From a virus (Duplodnaviria > Caudoviricetes), in the IMG/VR virus record IMGVR_UViG_3300037067_015585, positions 160,001 through 224,000 of that record: a stretch of DNA of 64,000 nucleotides. One strand, 5' to 3'. The notes beneath the pieces are model-generated. The model was not told the DNA's origin and ran no database searches. It saw only the letters and a program-made list of their open reading frames with translations. Position numbers and translations under genes: made by a program. Of this stretch, positions 39,861 through 49,130 are shown piece after piece (the stretch's first letter is position 1; each line of letters opens with the position of its first letter).

Positions 39861-40633
39861 ATAATATCATACCATATAAAAAAGAAAATGTCGCAACCGA
39901 CCAACCATGGCTTATTGAAGCTGATTCTGAACTGATCGACAAGTTTGACGATTTCATTATAACACCAGATACTGATCCGTGCATTGTGTCAGATTTGAAA
40001 ATCAGGGCGGATGAGGGCGATCAATACGCTTTCCAGCAGCTTTATCCTTTCCCGCATTTTATATTGACCGAAGACTACAGAATCGTTCAAGAGCCTAACT
40101 TTTATCGATGGGGTATCTTTTTGGAAAGATGCAAACATCGGATAATCGACAGAACAGATATATGTTCTGGAATGCCGCAAGAAACAGTTACTTTCAATAG
40201 ACATTATCCTATAAGAGATCGAGACATACCGCTATGTAAAATCCAGGAAACACACGTTTCGACAGTGTTTATTGGTGCTATGGAGAATGAACTGTTTGAG
40301 ACAATGATTTTTGGTGGGCCATTACACCAAAATTTTTGGCGTCATAGTACCATATTGGACGCCAAAACTCGGCACTGGAAAGCGGTTAATTTAGCACACG
40401 AAGCCAAGCGATATATTAAAAAGCACGGAAGGTCCTATAAAAAGAATTGGCTGAGGTTAAAGAGAGTCTACAAGCAAATGGATTCACGAAATCTCAATTG
40501 GGTCAATAAACACTCAGCTATGATCGAATCTTTGTTCGATAGGCTTAATCGAACACCAGGGCCTCTACCATTCCCACAACCAAACATCATGTGCGATATA
40601 GCACAAATGATCACACCAAGGGAGCCGTTATAA
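39854..40633 (+). CDS. hypothetical phage protein
   Basis: VSTVF.G...LFETMIFGG motif. Confidence 0.6.
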   Translation: MLDNIIPYKKENVATDQPWLIEADSELIDKFDDFIITPDTDPCIVSDLKIRADEGDQYAFQQLYPFPHFILTEDYRIVQEPNFYRWGIFLERCKHRIIDRTDICSGMPQETVTFNRHYPIRDRDIPLCKIQETHVSTVFIGAMENELFETMIFGGPLHQNFWRHSTILDAKTRHWKAVNLAHEAKRYIKKHGRSYKKNWLRLKRVYKQMDSRNLNWVNKHSAMIESLFDRLNRTPGPLPFPQPNIMCDIAQMITPREPL

Positions 40634-40933
40634 TGTTTGAAGTCACATTCACATATGGAGAGGGTTTGGTTACTCGTAATAGTAAGTGTGGTCCTGTTAG
40701 CACGCAAGAGGCAGCAGAAAGTTTGTTGATGGTTGTGATAGCTAAGCCTAATGTAACAAAGGCAGAAATTGTTAATGACCACCCAAAAGATAAAATGCCA
40801 ACGCTACGCACAAACTTTTTGCATGCCCACGATCACACGCCACCAAATGAAGACCATGAACACGTTATTGTAGATCGCGCAGACTGGGAAGAGGCGATGC
40901 GAATTTTATTTCAAGGAAAGGAACCACCTGTAG

Positions 40934-41542
40934 TTGATGCACCACTTCACGGCTGATCTACATATCGATCACAAAAGCATATTAAAGCATACGCCAGAGC
41001 GGGCTAAAGCTTTTGCAAGTCTTGATGAAATGAATGATCATTTCATCAATGAGATCAACCGTGTAGTAAAGCCAAATGACGAATTGCATGTTATTGGCGA
41101 TGTGTTTTGGAATGCACAGCGATATGGATATTATCGCTCGAAGATTAAAGTTAGAAAACTACATATCATTTGCGGCAACCATGATAGCAACTCTTTATCT
41201 GCGTATGTATCGTCTTTTAAAGAGATTAGCTACGTCAAAATCGATGGCATCAGGTTTCATTTACTTCATTTTCCGATGTTCTCTTGGAGAGGTCGAGAGA
41301 AGGCCAAGTCGATCCACTTATATGGCCATTCTCACGGTAGAAGCGAAGATTTCTTGAATCTACATTTTCCAGGACGCAGAGCAATGGATGTGGGTATTGA
41401 CAATGCTTTTAGACTATTAGGCGAATGGCGACCGTTTTCGCTCGACGAGATTTTACAAATATTAAAAATTGAACGTTGCCCGTCGTGTGGATGGATAGAT
41501 CCAAGACACAAAAAACTATGTCCTATATGTAAGGGTGCATAA
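40934..41542 (+). CDS. calcineurin-like metallophosphoesterase
   Basis: ADLH, GD, GNHD, HFP, GHSH, DVGID. Confidence 0.9.
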   Translation: MMHHFTADLHIDHKSILKHTPERAKAFASLDEMNDHFINEINRVVKPNDELHVIGDVFWNAQRYGYYRSKIKVRKLHIICGNHDSNSLSAYVSSFKEISYVKIDGIRFHLLHFPMFSWRGREKAKSIHLYGHSHGRSEDFLNLHFPGRRAMDVGIDNAFRLLGEWRPFSLDEILQILKIERCPSCGWIDPRHKKLCPICKGA

Positions 41543-41926
41543 TGGAAAAGCAAAGAGCGTTCAGAATTGCGACTACTCTGCTCGACGCATTCAAAAATTG
41601 CGGTGAGTTTGAAGGTTGTCTAGAGGATGAATTCATTACGATCGATGAATTTGATGAAGCACTTGACATACTAATCAAAGAAGCAAACGAGTCATAATGT
41701 TTAATTTCCTCTCTAATTTATGTAAACCAAAGCTTAAGATATACGCCATTTACGAAGCTGGCGGAATTTGGAGTAAAGTGGTGGTGTATAAAAAACCACG
41801 AGTAATAGTCGGTGATTATCTCGTCGGTCCATTCAGATCAGAAGTTGATTGTGAAGAATTTTGTGATCGTGAAAATAGTACATGTTGCAGACATCCAACC
41901 GTGCAATTTTATAACGCACAAAGACA

Positions 41927-42292
41927 ATGAGTACGAAAATCGGATCGAGAGTTGGTGCTGTTTGTTCTGCTGACAAGGACACAGTGCGTCTATATGGATA
42001 TGGTGTATATGAGGGCGACTTTATACGGCCAGACGACACACGAACACCGTTTGGTACCATAACAGAGGTCCAGAAGGCGTTCATAGAATATCATAAATAT
42101 CCAGAGGGCACAACAGCCGATCAGATCTCAGAAGAACACAAGAAAGCATTAAACTCTCTGCTATCAAATCCGAGAATCCGACTTGACAACGGCGACGTTG
42201 TTTGGGGTTGTCAGTGCTGGTGGGGGTCGGTCGATCGCGTAAAAGGAATGATAGGAGACAGGAAGGTCGAGATAGTCCCAGTTGAAAAATAA
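41927..42292 (+). CDS. hypothetical phage protein
   Basis: RVGA..GYGVYEG..NPRIRLDNGDVVWGCQCWWG. Confidence 0.6.
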   Translation: MSTKIGSRVGAVCSADKDTVRLYGYGVYEGDFIRPDDTRTPFGTITEVQKAFIEYHKYPEGTTADQISEEHKKALNSLLSNPRIRLDNGDVVWGCQCWWGSVDRVKGMIGDRKVEIVPVEK

Positions 42293-42308
42293 TAATGTAT
42301 TTTAATGA

Positions 42309-42382
42309 TGCGGGATGGAGCAGCCTGGTAGCTCATAAGCCTCATAAGCTTAAGATCGCTGGTTCAAATCCAGCTCCCGCCA
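42309..42382 (+). tRNA. tRNA-Met(CAT), initiator-like
   Basis: Cloverleaf; 1:72 mismatch, A11:U24, loop CTCATAA, T-arm GCTGG-TTCAAAT-CCAGC; no encoded CCA. Confidence 0.88.
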
Positions 42383-42386
42383 CTTT

Positions 42387-42460
42387 GGGCCCGTAGCTCA
42401 GTTGGTTAGAGCAGCAAACTCATAATTTGACGGTCGTTCGTCCAAGTCGAACCGGGCCTA
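42387..42460 (+). tRNA. tRNA(CAT), probably Ile2 (lysidine type)
   Basis: GGGCCCG/CGGGCCT acceptor with C4:G69, C5:G68 and A73; loop CTCATAA; atypical T-loop TCCAAGT. Confidence 0.8.
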
Positions 42461-42466
42461 CATATT

Positions 42467-42602
42467 ACATAACAATGGAACAAGAGGCACTTCTCGTAGA
42501 AAAACGGAATTAAATGGCCGTCTGTGTACCGTGAATGAGCGGGCAAGCATAGGAAGTTGTGGGTTGAAACCCCATCATAGAAAACTTGTTCTATTGTTGT
42601 GT
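42467..42602 (+). ncRNA. putative structured ncRNA downstream of the tRNA pair
   Basis: 18-bp closing helix 42467-42484/42585-42602 (G-U pairs on +), internal hairpins and a T-loop-like TGGG-TTGAAAC-CCCA. Confidence 0.5.
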
Positions 42603-42607
42603 TAGTT

Positions 42608-42856
42608 ATGTCAATCGATCTTCTTCAACGATTCGAGTGCATCGTCATCGAGGTTCGTGAGGACTGTGTTGATGTTGAGATGTATGATTTGACGAATCCA
42701 TCAAATCCAATCGAGTTTGCATCAATCTATCTATCCAAATTCGATGCCAATGACGTAAAGCTATTGTGTGAAGGTGCCGTTTTCTACTGGAATATTGGGA
42801 ACGAGACGAAAGATAGCGGGCAGATAATTCGATATTCAGAATTTGTATTTAAGTAG
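42608..42856 (+). CDS. hypothetical protein
   Basis: ORF; LQRFE...GAVFYWNIG. Confidence 0.5.
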   Translation: MSIDLLQRFECIVIEVREDCVDVEMYDLTNPSNPIEFASIYLSKFDANDVKLLCEGAVFYWNIGNETKDSGQIIRYSEFVFK

Positions 42857-43126
42857 TCCTTAGTTTCACTAACCCCATTGATAGGAAGAAAATGGCAAAA
42901 GCAAAAAGAGAAGTTAAGCCCGACCGATGTACACTGCAGAAGTGAAGTCTTTGCAACGGTAGATTCTATCGACGAAGGATATGTTAATCGTCTCAATACA
43001 AAATCTATAAAAATTTTAAAATATAAGATGTGGGCTAAAATCGGAATGCTTGATTTCTTTTCAAGCGCCAGGACTAGACAAAGCACAAGCCCATCAAGGG
43101 GCAAAAATAGAGCCAAGTAGTACTAA

Positions 43127-43199
43127 GCCGGTGTAGCTCATTTGGTAGAGCATCTGATCTGTAATCAGACGGTAGTGGGTTCAATTCCCTCCACCGGCT
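43127..43199 (+). tRNA. tRNA-Thr(TGT)
   Basis: GCCGGTG/CACCGGC acceptor, anticodon arm TCTGA-TCTGTAA-TCAGA, T-loop TTCAATT. Confidence 0.85.
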
Positions 43200-43833
43200 C
43201 ATTTTTCCAGCATTCAATCCAAGTTAATATTCTGTGTGATAGTTTATAATTACTGAATCTCAAATAACAAGTGCCGTGCGTACATCGGCGTAGTTTGTGA
43301 TTCTTTCTCACTTCAATCCTTTTTACTTCTACACCAATCTTATTCTCCCAAAATGTTCTCATTTCTTCAGGGTCTAGATCATCATATATGATGATGTTGC
43401 AATAATACCTATTATTAGAACTTAACCTATCGAAGCATCTTTTACATTTTATGATAACACTAGGATCACTATTTGCGATGCCAACCTGCGATGTCCTGTG
43501 TCCTCTAGCTATCTTCGTTCCTTCTCCCCAGTACAATCCTAAAAAGCCCATTAACTCCGGATCATTCTTAACAACTTTCCATTCTTTCTTTGCGTCATTA
43601 ATAACAGCTTCAACGGCATTATTCCATTTTTCCTCAGCACGTCTAGATGCATTCTTTGCATTATCGCGAATGCTTCGATCGATCATGCTTCGATCTGCTA
43701 TCTCTATATCTCTTGAGTATAAGCCAGCAGTTGACTTAGCACATCCAACAATTTTCACGATGCTTTTGAGACTATGCCCTTTCCGCCGTAATTCAACGAT
43801 TCTGTCTTTGAACACACTCTTTGATTCACTCAT
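43165..43833 (-). CDS. HTH plus LAGLIDADG-like endonuclease-fold protein
   Basis: N-terminal LRRKGHSLKSIVKIVGCAKST; GLYWGEGTK..IANSDP..I; GTCYL. Confidence 0.6.
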   Translation of the reverse strand: MSESKSVFKDRIVELRRKGHSLKSIVKIVGCAKSTAGLYSRDIEIADRSMIDRSIRDNAKNASRRAEEKWNNAVEAVINDAKKEWKVVKNDPELMGFLGLYWGEGTKIARGHRTSQVGIANSDPSVIIKCKRCFDRLSSNNRYYCNIIIYDDLDPEEMRTFWENKIGVEVKRIEVRKNHKLRRCTHGTCYLRFSNYKLSHRILTWIECWKNEPVEGIEPTTV

Positions 43834-43884
43834 ATTGGACCTCCGATTTTGTATTTTATCTACTTTTGGTCGTGAGTTCGAAAA

Positions 43885-44151
43885 ATGAGTAAAACTATTT
43901 GGTCTAAAGAGTGGCCGACGAATCCTGGCAGATACTGGCTGTATGGCTGGACGTCAAATTACTTCAAAAGCAAAAACAAAAATAAGCCAGAGCTGATATA
44001 CGTCGATGTTCGTGAAATAGGAACAGAAAAAACATCATCATTAGCCTTTATATGTAAAGGCGGGTTCATCTATAAGAGAGATGGTGCTGACGGCTTATGG
44101 GCACCAATTGATCTGCCAGAATTACCACCAGAGCAAGAATTATGTATGTAA
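43885..44151 (+). CDS. hypothetical protein
   Basis: WSKEWPT.PG.YW motif. Confidence 0.55.
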   Translation: MSKTIWSKEWPTNPGRYWLYGWTSNYFKSKNKNKPELIYVDVREIGTEKTSSLAFICKGGFIYKRDGADGLWAPIDLPELPPEQELCM

Positions 44152-44459
44152 TATGTTGGTCCGATGGCAATGGCAGAGAATTTAAGGCACAGACAGAAGA
44201 CGTCTATAGTGCTTGGGAAATCTACTGGTATGTTAAGCACGAAGCTGAAATCTCCGTACCAAAATTCAATATTTGGATATCTATTTATAGAATAGTAAAT
44301 ACGAACGACAGCCCAATTCATGTTGATCCAAGACAAGGAATCACAGATGACGGCAATTTACATCCGATGGCAAAAGGCAAATCGCCAAAAATCGTCATGA
44401 AAATAGGATTAGACGAGCCATTGCCATGCAATTATATAAACATGTCTTTCGTGCTATAA
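44142..44459 (+). CDS. hypothetical protein
   Basis: ORF. Confidence 0.5.
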   Translation: MYVICWSDGNGREFKAQTEDVYSAWEIYWYVKHEAEISVPKFNIWISIYRIVNTNDSPIHVDPRQGITDDGNLHPMAKGKSPKIVMKIGLDEPLPCNYINMSFVL

Positions 44460-44460
44460 T
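44432..44460 (+). promoter_or_regulatory. class I promoter
   Basis: TTATAT-17 bp-TATAAT ending TCGTGCTATAAT. Confidence 0.65.
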
Positions 44461-44775
44461 ATGGCAGAAACACCCTTTGCAATATACCAAAATAAAGATG
44501 GCCGAGATGAATTCTTTGTCGAGTTGCGATACTTAATGTCGATATTGACGGCCACATTGGAAGGGTTTACCGAAGAAATAGTCACTTTTCCAGAGAGTAA
44601 AGGAAAAACATTATACATCCCGATCGATCTTGCTATCGCGTGGATTGAAAAAGAAATGGATGATGATCCACAATGCCTAGAGGGCAAAGGTTTAGAGGTC
44701 GAGTGTTCGTTGAAGATAGCAAAAGAAAAGTTCGAATCGGAGTGTGTAGATGGCAAGTATACCGGATGTCATTAA
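44461..44775 (+). CDS. hypothetical protein
   Basis: ORF. Confidence 0.5.
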   Translation: MAETPFAIYQNKDGRDEFFVELRYLMSILTATLEGFTEEIVTFPESKGKTLYIPIDLAIAWIEKEMDDDPQCLEGKGLEVECSLKIAKEKFESECVDGKYTGCH

Positions 44776-45031
44776 TGGTGCGTTTGAGTTACTAGGCGGT
44801 TTTATGATCGCCAAAAACTGTTGGAATCTTCACCGAGATAAAGAGTTAAAGGGCGTCAGTCTATTACCGATGACGTTCTTTAACTTGTGGGGATTTTGGA
44901 ACCTGTACTTTTATCCGCATTACGACGCTTGGTGGAGTTTCGCTGGTGCTCTCGGAATAGTTATCGCTAATACGACGTGGGTCATTCAAGCAATATATTA
45001 CATCCACAAAAATGAACATAAGACAGGCTAG
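44750..45031 (+). CDS. PQ-loop/SemiSWEET-like small membrane protein
   Basis: Three TM segments; KELKGVS, WGFWNLYFYP. Confidence 0.6.
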   Translation: MASIPDVINGAFELLGGFMIAKNCWNLHRDKELKGVSLLPMTFFNLWGFWNLYFYPHYDAWWSFAGALGIVIANTTWVIQAIYYIHKNEHKTG

Positions 45032-45445
45032 AAAAATAGTTGGCTCTGGTAGCAAACAACACAAGCATATTACAAAGACGTCCAATGGGACATTTTTGAA
45101 GGCACGAAGAGTTAAGCATAGCCATACGTCCCGCTACTATAAAGTACACAGTCAGTGGCCGACAATCAACGGATATGTTGTTCTGCTTGGCGGCGCATCT
45201 ATCAGAGTTGATATGTATGCGCTTCTTGGTGGCGACGGTCCTGCACTTGAAGAATTCAAGAGGACCCACTAATATGGTTGGTTATACAGTACACTCACTT
45301 CTCGATCCGACTTCGATGTGTTCTAATCCACGTAATTTCATCGATACGCCGACAAAAGACGGACGTATTCGAACCACCTGCAAAGTCTGTGGTGATTTTA
45401 TTGGCTACAGACCGATAGTCGAAGAAACAAAGAAACGAGGAAAAA

Positions 45446-46003
45446 ATGGCAAAAAAGTCTAAGGCGAAACGCTCCGATACGTTCAAACGTGGGGCGTATT
45501 TTGTCATGCACAGCTATCTATGCTTGCTGCTCGATACTATAACGTGTGCGGCACTCGGTGAGTGCATTACCAGTAGCAATACGGATAGTGATGCTCTTCT
45601 AGCGTTTGGTACTCAGCTTAACAAGTTCAAGAGCACCAGTAAGCAGCAAATGAAAGATGACAAGCGCATTAAATGCAAGAGAATTGACCCTGAAATCATG
45701 GAAGAACTCGAACGAATAAATAAGACCGCGTTCCTGAGGATCGGATGCCTTAACGAATATACTACACCAATCTTACTGGACGAAGACTTCTGCATCGTTC
45801 TTGGCAAATTCATCGAAGCGAATGGTAGTGATAATGCGAGCATTAGGAGAATCGGACGCCGGTTACTCAAAGCCAAAGAATACAATGTGAAGCGCACCAT
45901 TAAATGGGTGAAGGCCAGAAGGAAGAATGGCGAATCATTTAAACACATCAGTAAAGAGCTTGGGATTTCAGTTTCGACCGCATCGAAATATAGCAAGCTA
46001 TAA
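45446..46003 (+). CDS. protein with C-terminal HTH
   Basis: [21 protein letters not shown]. Confidence 0.65.
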   Translation: MAKKSKAKRSDTFKRGAYFVMHSYLCLLLDTITCAALGECITSSNTDSDALLAFGTQLNKFKSTSKQQMKDDKRIKCKRIDPEIMEELERINKTAFLRIGCLNEYTTPILLDEDFCIVLGKFIEANGSDNASIRRIGRRLLKAKEYNVKRTIKWVKARRKNGESFKHISKELGISVSTASKYSKL

Positions 46004-46030
46004 ACAAATCAATAATAGACAAAGAAGCAA

Positions 46031-46402
46031 ATGACCGACATAGACGATGAATTTATGGAATGCAAGGAATGTAGTAAAAAGCCTGGTACACCGATACTGT
46101 GCAAGAGTTGTCAACACAACCGTGTCTTAATTGAAATATTGCAAGAAAAGGTCAATCATATGTCAATCGACAATCATCCAAATTTTCATGCTTCAAACTT
46201 CGCAGTCCACATAACAGCGGCTTTTTATGAGTCACTGCGTGGAGGTGCGACCGCGAAAAACACACCGGATATATCAAACGAAGTGATCGAATTCATATGT
46301 AAAATCGAGGATATGGTCGATCGGGCAGTAGAGTCGGCAGACGCACGCCCATTAAAGGGGTATGCCGAAAGGCGTGAGATACACGATAAGGATGTAAAAT
46401 AG
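46031..46402 (+). CDS. hypothetical protein
   Basis: CKEC..LCKSC. Confidence 0.5.
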   Translation: MTDIDDEFMECKECSKKPGTPILCKSCQHNRVLIEILQEKVNHMSIDNHPNFHASNFAVHITAAFYESLRGGATAKNTPDISNEVIEFICKIEDMVDRAVESADARPLKGYAERREIHDKDVK

Positions 46403-46627
46403 TGTTAAGCAGAGAAGACATTGATGCTCGCATGGAAGCATATGACGAAGCGATTGGACATTTAGATCAGATAATGGATATACCGCCAAATCTTCCGCTT
46501 GATGAACAAGGTCAAGCAGTACGTGAGCGAAATCAACGAAGATGGCTTGCAAAGCATTTGAGGAAAGAAGCTGACGATTGGTATAAGGAGATAATGAGAC
46601 GGTGTGAGATAAGAATTTAAACAAAAC

Positions 46628-46700
46628 GTGTCAGTAGCTCAATGGATCGAGCAATGGACCTCTACTCCATCGGTTGGGAGTTCGACTCTCCCCTGACACA
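46628..46700 (+). tRNA. tRNA-Arg(TCT)
   Basis: GTGTCAG/CTGACAC acceptor, GGA20 D-loop, ATGGA-CCTCTAC-TCCAT, GGGAG-TTCGACT-CTCCC. Confidence 0.83.
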
Positions 46701-46727
46701 CTTGATTAGAAGACAGTGATCTTCAAT

Positions 46728-47207
46728 ATGGTTACAGAATATCCACAAGTTATTGGTGAATTATTGCAGTTACTCAATTGCACATTAGACTTGGCGGGAT
46801 GCCGTCAAGCGATGGAAATGATTCATTCGAGAGAAGCTACGCAGATCGTAATCAAGGGCGGATCTTTTGCTGGTTGCTATGATAGCGAAGAGATTGACCG
46901 GCAAATCGGAAACGCCGTTTTGCAGCAATATCCACAATTAAAACCATTGGTAGTTGGTTTGAAAGAGGAGGGTAGCGGATTTTATGGTATTGCTGCTTGG
47001 TTAAATGATTTTGTGGAGAGCATTGCTCTTTTGAGCGGCAATAGGCCACTTCCAACAGACAAATTCTCATTCGTTAAGGGTGAAAAAGGTCATGGAATCA
47101 TCTTTTTCGAAGCCGGATATTATTCGATTATGTTGAAAGATCCGAACAGGATTTTAACATACCAAACTGCTTTCGATGCGGCATTAGATGGTTGGAGCAT
47201 AGACTAA
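46728..47207 (+). CDS. hypothetical protein
   Basis: ORF. Confidence 0.5.
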   Translation: MVTEYPQVIGELLQLLNCTLDLAGCRQAMEMIHSREATQIVIKGGSFAGCYDSEEIDRQIGNAVLQQYPQLKPLVVGLKEEGSGFYGIAAWLNDFVESIALLSGNRPLPTDKFSFVKGEKGHGIIFFEAGYYSIMLKDPNRILTYQTAFDAALDGWSID

Positions 47208-47550
47208 ATACATGAATATTTCTAAGGCATACTGGTATTATTGCAGTAAGCTTGGGTGTCGCTTATATTACATAGCATCACCACGATATCAAAAAAGACC
47301 TGTTATTAATGTTGAAATCTGGTGTCCTGCTGTCGATTCTCATGTAAAAATCGTTCTGGTTGGAGTTGGACAAGACGGTGCGAAAGAATTCAACTGGATG
47401 CCAACTTTCCCTGTCGATCTATATCATAGACCATACAAGCTTGATCCATACGTATCAAAAACATGTAATCAAAATATGATCGATGAATGGGAATGTTTAA
47501 TAGCGTCTAAGAAGAGAGAACTACAATAAAATGACATTTGAGGTACTATT

Positions 47551-47898
47551 ATGGAAGAATTAAGTTGTGTGGCTATTTATGGTAGTGAGTGGACAACCAG
47601 ATTCATGCAGGACGCCGACTGTTTTGAGCGGTTTAAGGTTATAGCAGAACCGGTAAAATTCGTATTGACGCTCAAACCTGATTGCTCAAAAGAGCGTGCA
47701 CTCAACGATTTGAAGATGCTGCTGGAGAAGTCTGGTAATCGTGTCGTTGCGATATTTGCACCAAACGTCAAAGAAGGTGCGTATGTCGATGAATCGATCA
47801 AAGTGATTAGCAACGGTACACAATGGTGTATGTTAAAGGACGTGCTTGAAGCATATGGTTATACGGGTCAAGGCACAACTTGTGCCGTCAAAACATAA
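47551..47898 (+). CDS. hypothetical protein
   Basis: ORF with a GAGG RBS. Confidence 0.55.
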   Translation: MEELSCVAIYGSEWTTRFMQDADCFERFKVIAEPVKFVLTLKPDCSKERALNDLKMLLEKSGNRVVAIFAPNVKEGAYVDESIKVISNGTQWCMLKDVLEAYGYTGQGTTCAVKT

Positions 47899-48233
47899 AA
47901 TGGACAGTTGGCCGAGTGGATTATGGCTGCAGTCTTGAAAATTGCCGTAGGTGAAAGCCTACCGGGTGTTCGAATCACCCACTGTCCGCTTAAGAAAGAC
48001 ATTATGAAAGATTCTGTTTATCGGACGAGAACACGATTTAAGGTATTTTTTGAACGCACTGACTCTCCGCATTGCGAAGAAGCAATGAATAAGTTGCTGG
48101 AGCGCGTTGATGATTGGGCATCAGAAGGTAATAAAACTGTTCTGGCATGGCAATGGAAGCATAAAGTCGAAAACATGGGGAAACAGTTATATGTTGACAT
48201 TGAGGTCATATATAGTGAAATCATCGAAGAGAG

Positions 48234-48262
48234 TTAATGATATATGATTCTCGTGCCATAAT
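48234..48262 (+). promoter_or_regulatory. class I promoter variant
   Basis: TTAATG-17 bp-CATAAT ending TCGTGCCATAAT; ATG 5 nt downstream. Confidence 0.6.
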
Positions 48263-48267
48263 ATAGT

Positions 48268-48849
48268 ATGATCAAATCTGTCGAATTCAAAGTCGATTGG
48301 CGAACATTCAAGGCTGGCGATCGGTTTGAATTTACCCCTGGTATAAATCTTCTAGTGGGGGATCAGGGAGCCGGAAAGAGTTCTCTAATAACTCTGTTCA
48401 AATGGGCACTAAATGATAATAAGGAATTTGAAAGAATTGCCCATATATCGGTCGAAGGCAAGATACAGTTACGCCTATTCGACTTTGAAGCAGATAATCC
48501 AAGAACAAGAAGCTATTGTCAGCACGCAGCGGATGTGTATATGAGATTCCAGGCCCACGGCAATTGCGTTCTGGCCATACTTGACGTACTTGGCGAGGAA
48601 ATAGATACGGTCAAAGCGTTTGTACTCGATGAACCAGATATGGCTCTGAGTATCAGATCGATAAATAAATTAGTAGGTATTTTAAAATCCACAAAGCATC
48701 AGGTCATATCATCAGCGCACAATCCACTATTAATCCAGTCGTTCGATAATGTTTTGTCGATAGAGCATAAAAAGTGGATGAAGTCGAAAGAATTTATTGA
48801 AAGTCAGATGACAGATGGCGAAGAAGCGCAAACCGACAGCAAAACCTAA
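48268..48849 (+). CDS. ABC/AAA-type ATPase
   Basis: GDQGAGKS, AHG, VLDEPD, SAH. Confidence 0.85.
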   Translation: MIKSVEFKVDWRTFKAGDRFEFTPGINLLVGDQGAGKSSLITLFKWALNDNKEFERIAHISVEGKIQLRLFDFEADNPRTRSYCQHAADVYMRFQAHGNCVLAILDVLGEEIDTVKAFVLDEPDMALSIRSINKLVGILKSTKHQVISSAHNPLLIQSFDNVLSIEHKKWMKSKEFIESQMTDGEEAQTDSKT

Positions 48850-49120
48850 ACTTTCTTCTGGCTCATTTAGTTCATTCAAACAAACATTCTCGTTCGATCT
48901 AGATTCCGTCGTGTTTATGTCTGTGTTGGGTTGGATGATAAGAAAGGAAATCGAGCAGACTTCTCTTGACATGTCGGAAAACAAGATGTGCGTTCCGAAA
49001 GATACAATTATTAAGGCGATTAAGAAGATCGGCCTTGGCAACTGGGTCAGCAAGGTAGAGAAATCTATTGCCGACTCTATAATCGAAGATGCTCGAGAAG
49101 AGCTTGCGAACAAAAAATGA
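48815..49120 (+). CDS. hypothetical protein
   Basis: ORF ending just before the repeat array. Confidence 0.5.
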   Translation: MAKKRKPTAKPKLSSGSFSSFKQTFSFDLDSVVFMSVLGWMIRKEIEQTSLDMSENKMCVPKDTIIKAIKKIGLGNWVSKVEKSIADSIIEDAREELANKK

Positions 49121-49130
49121 ATTAATATAA

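Noticed and set aside
46628-46700. Amber suppressor tRNA or alternative genetic code
   Set aside because: The standard register gives TCT with an Arg-type A20, and TAG terminates clear genes (e.g. at 7329 and 4858) without fragmenting conserved ORFs.
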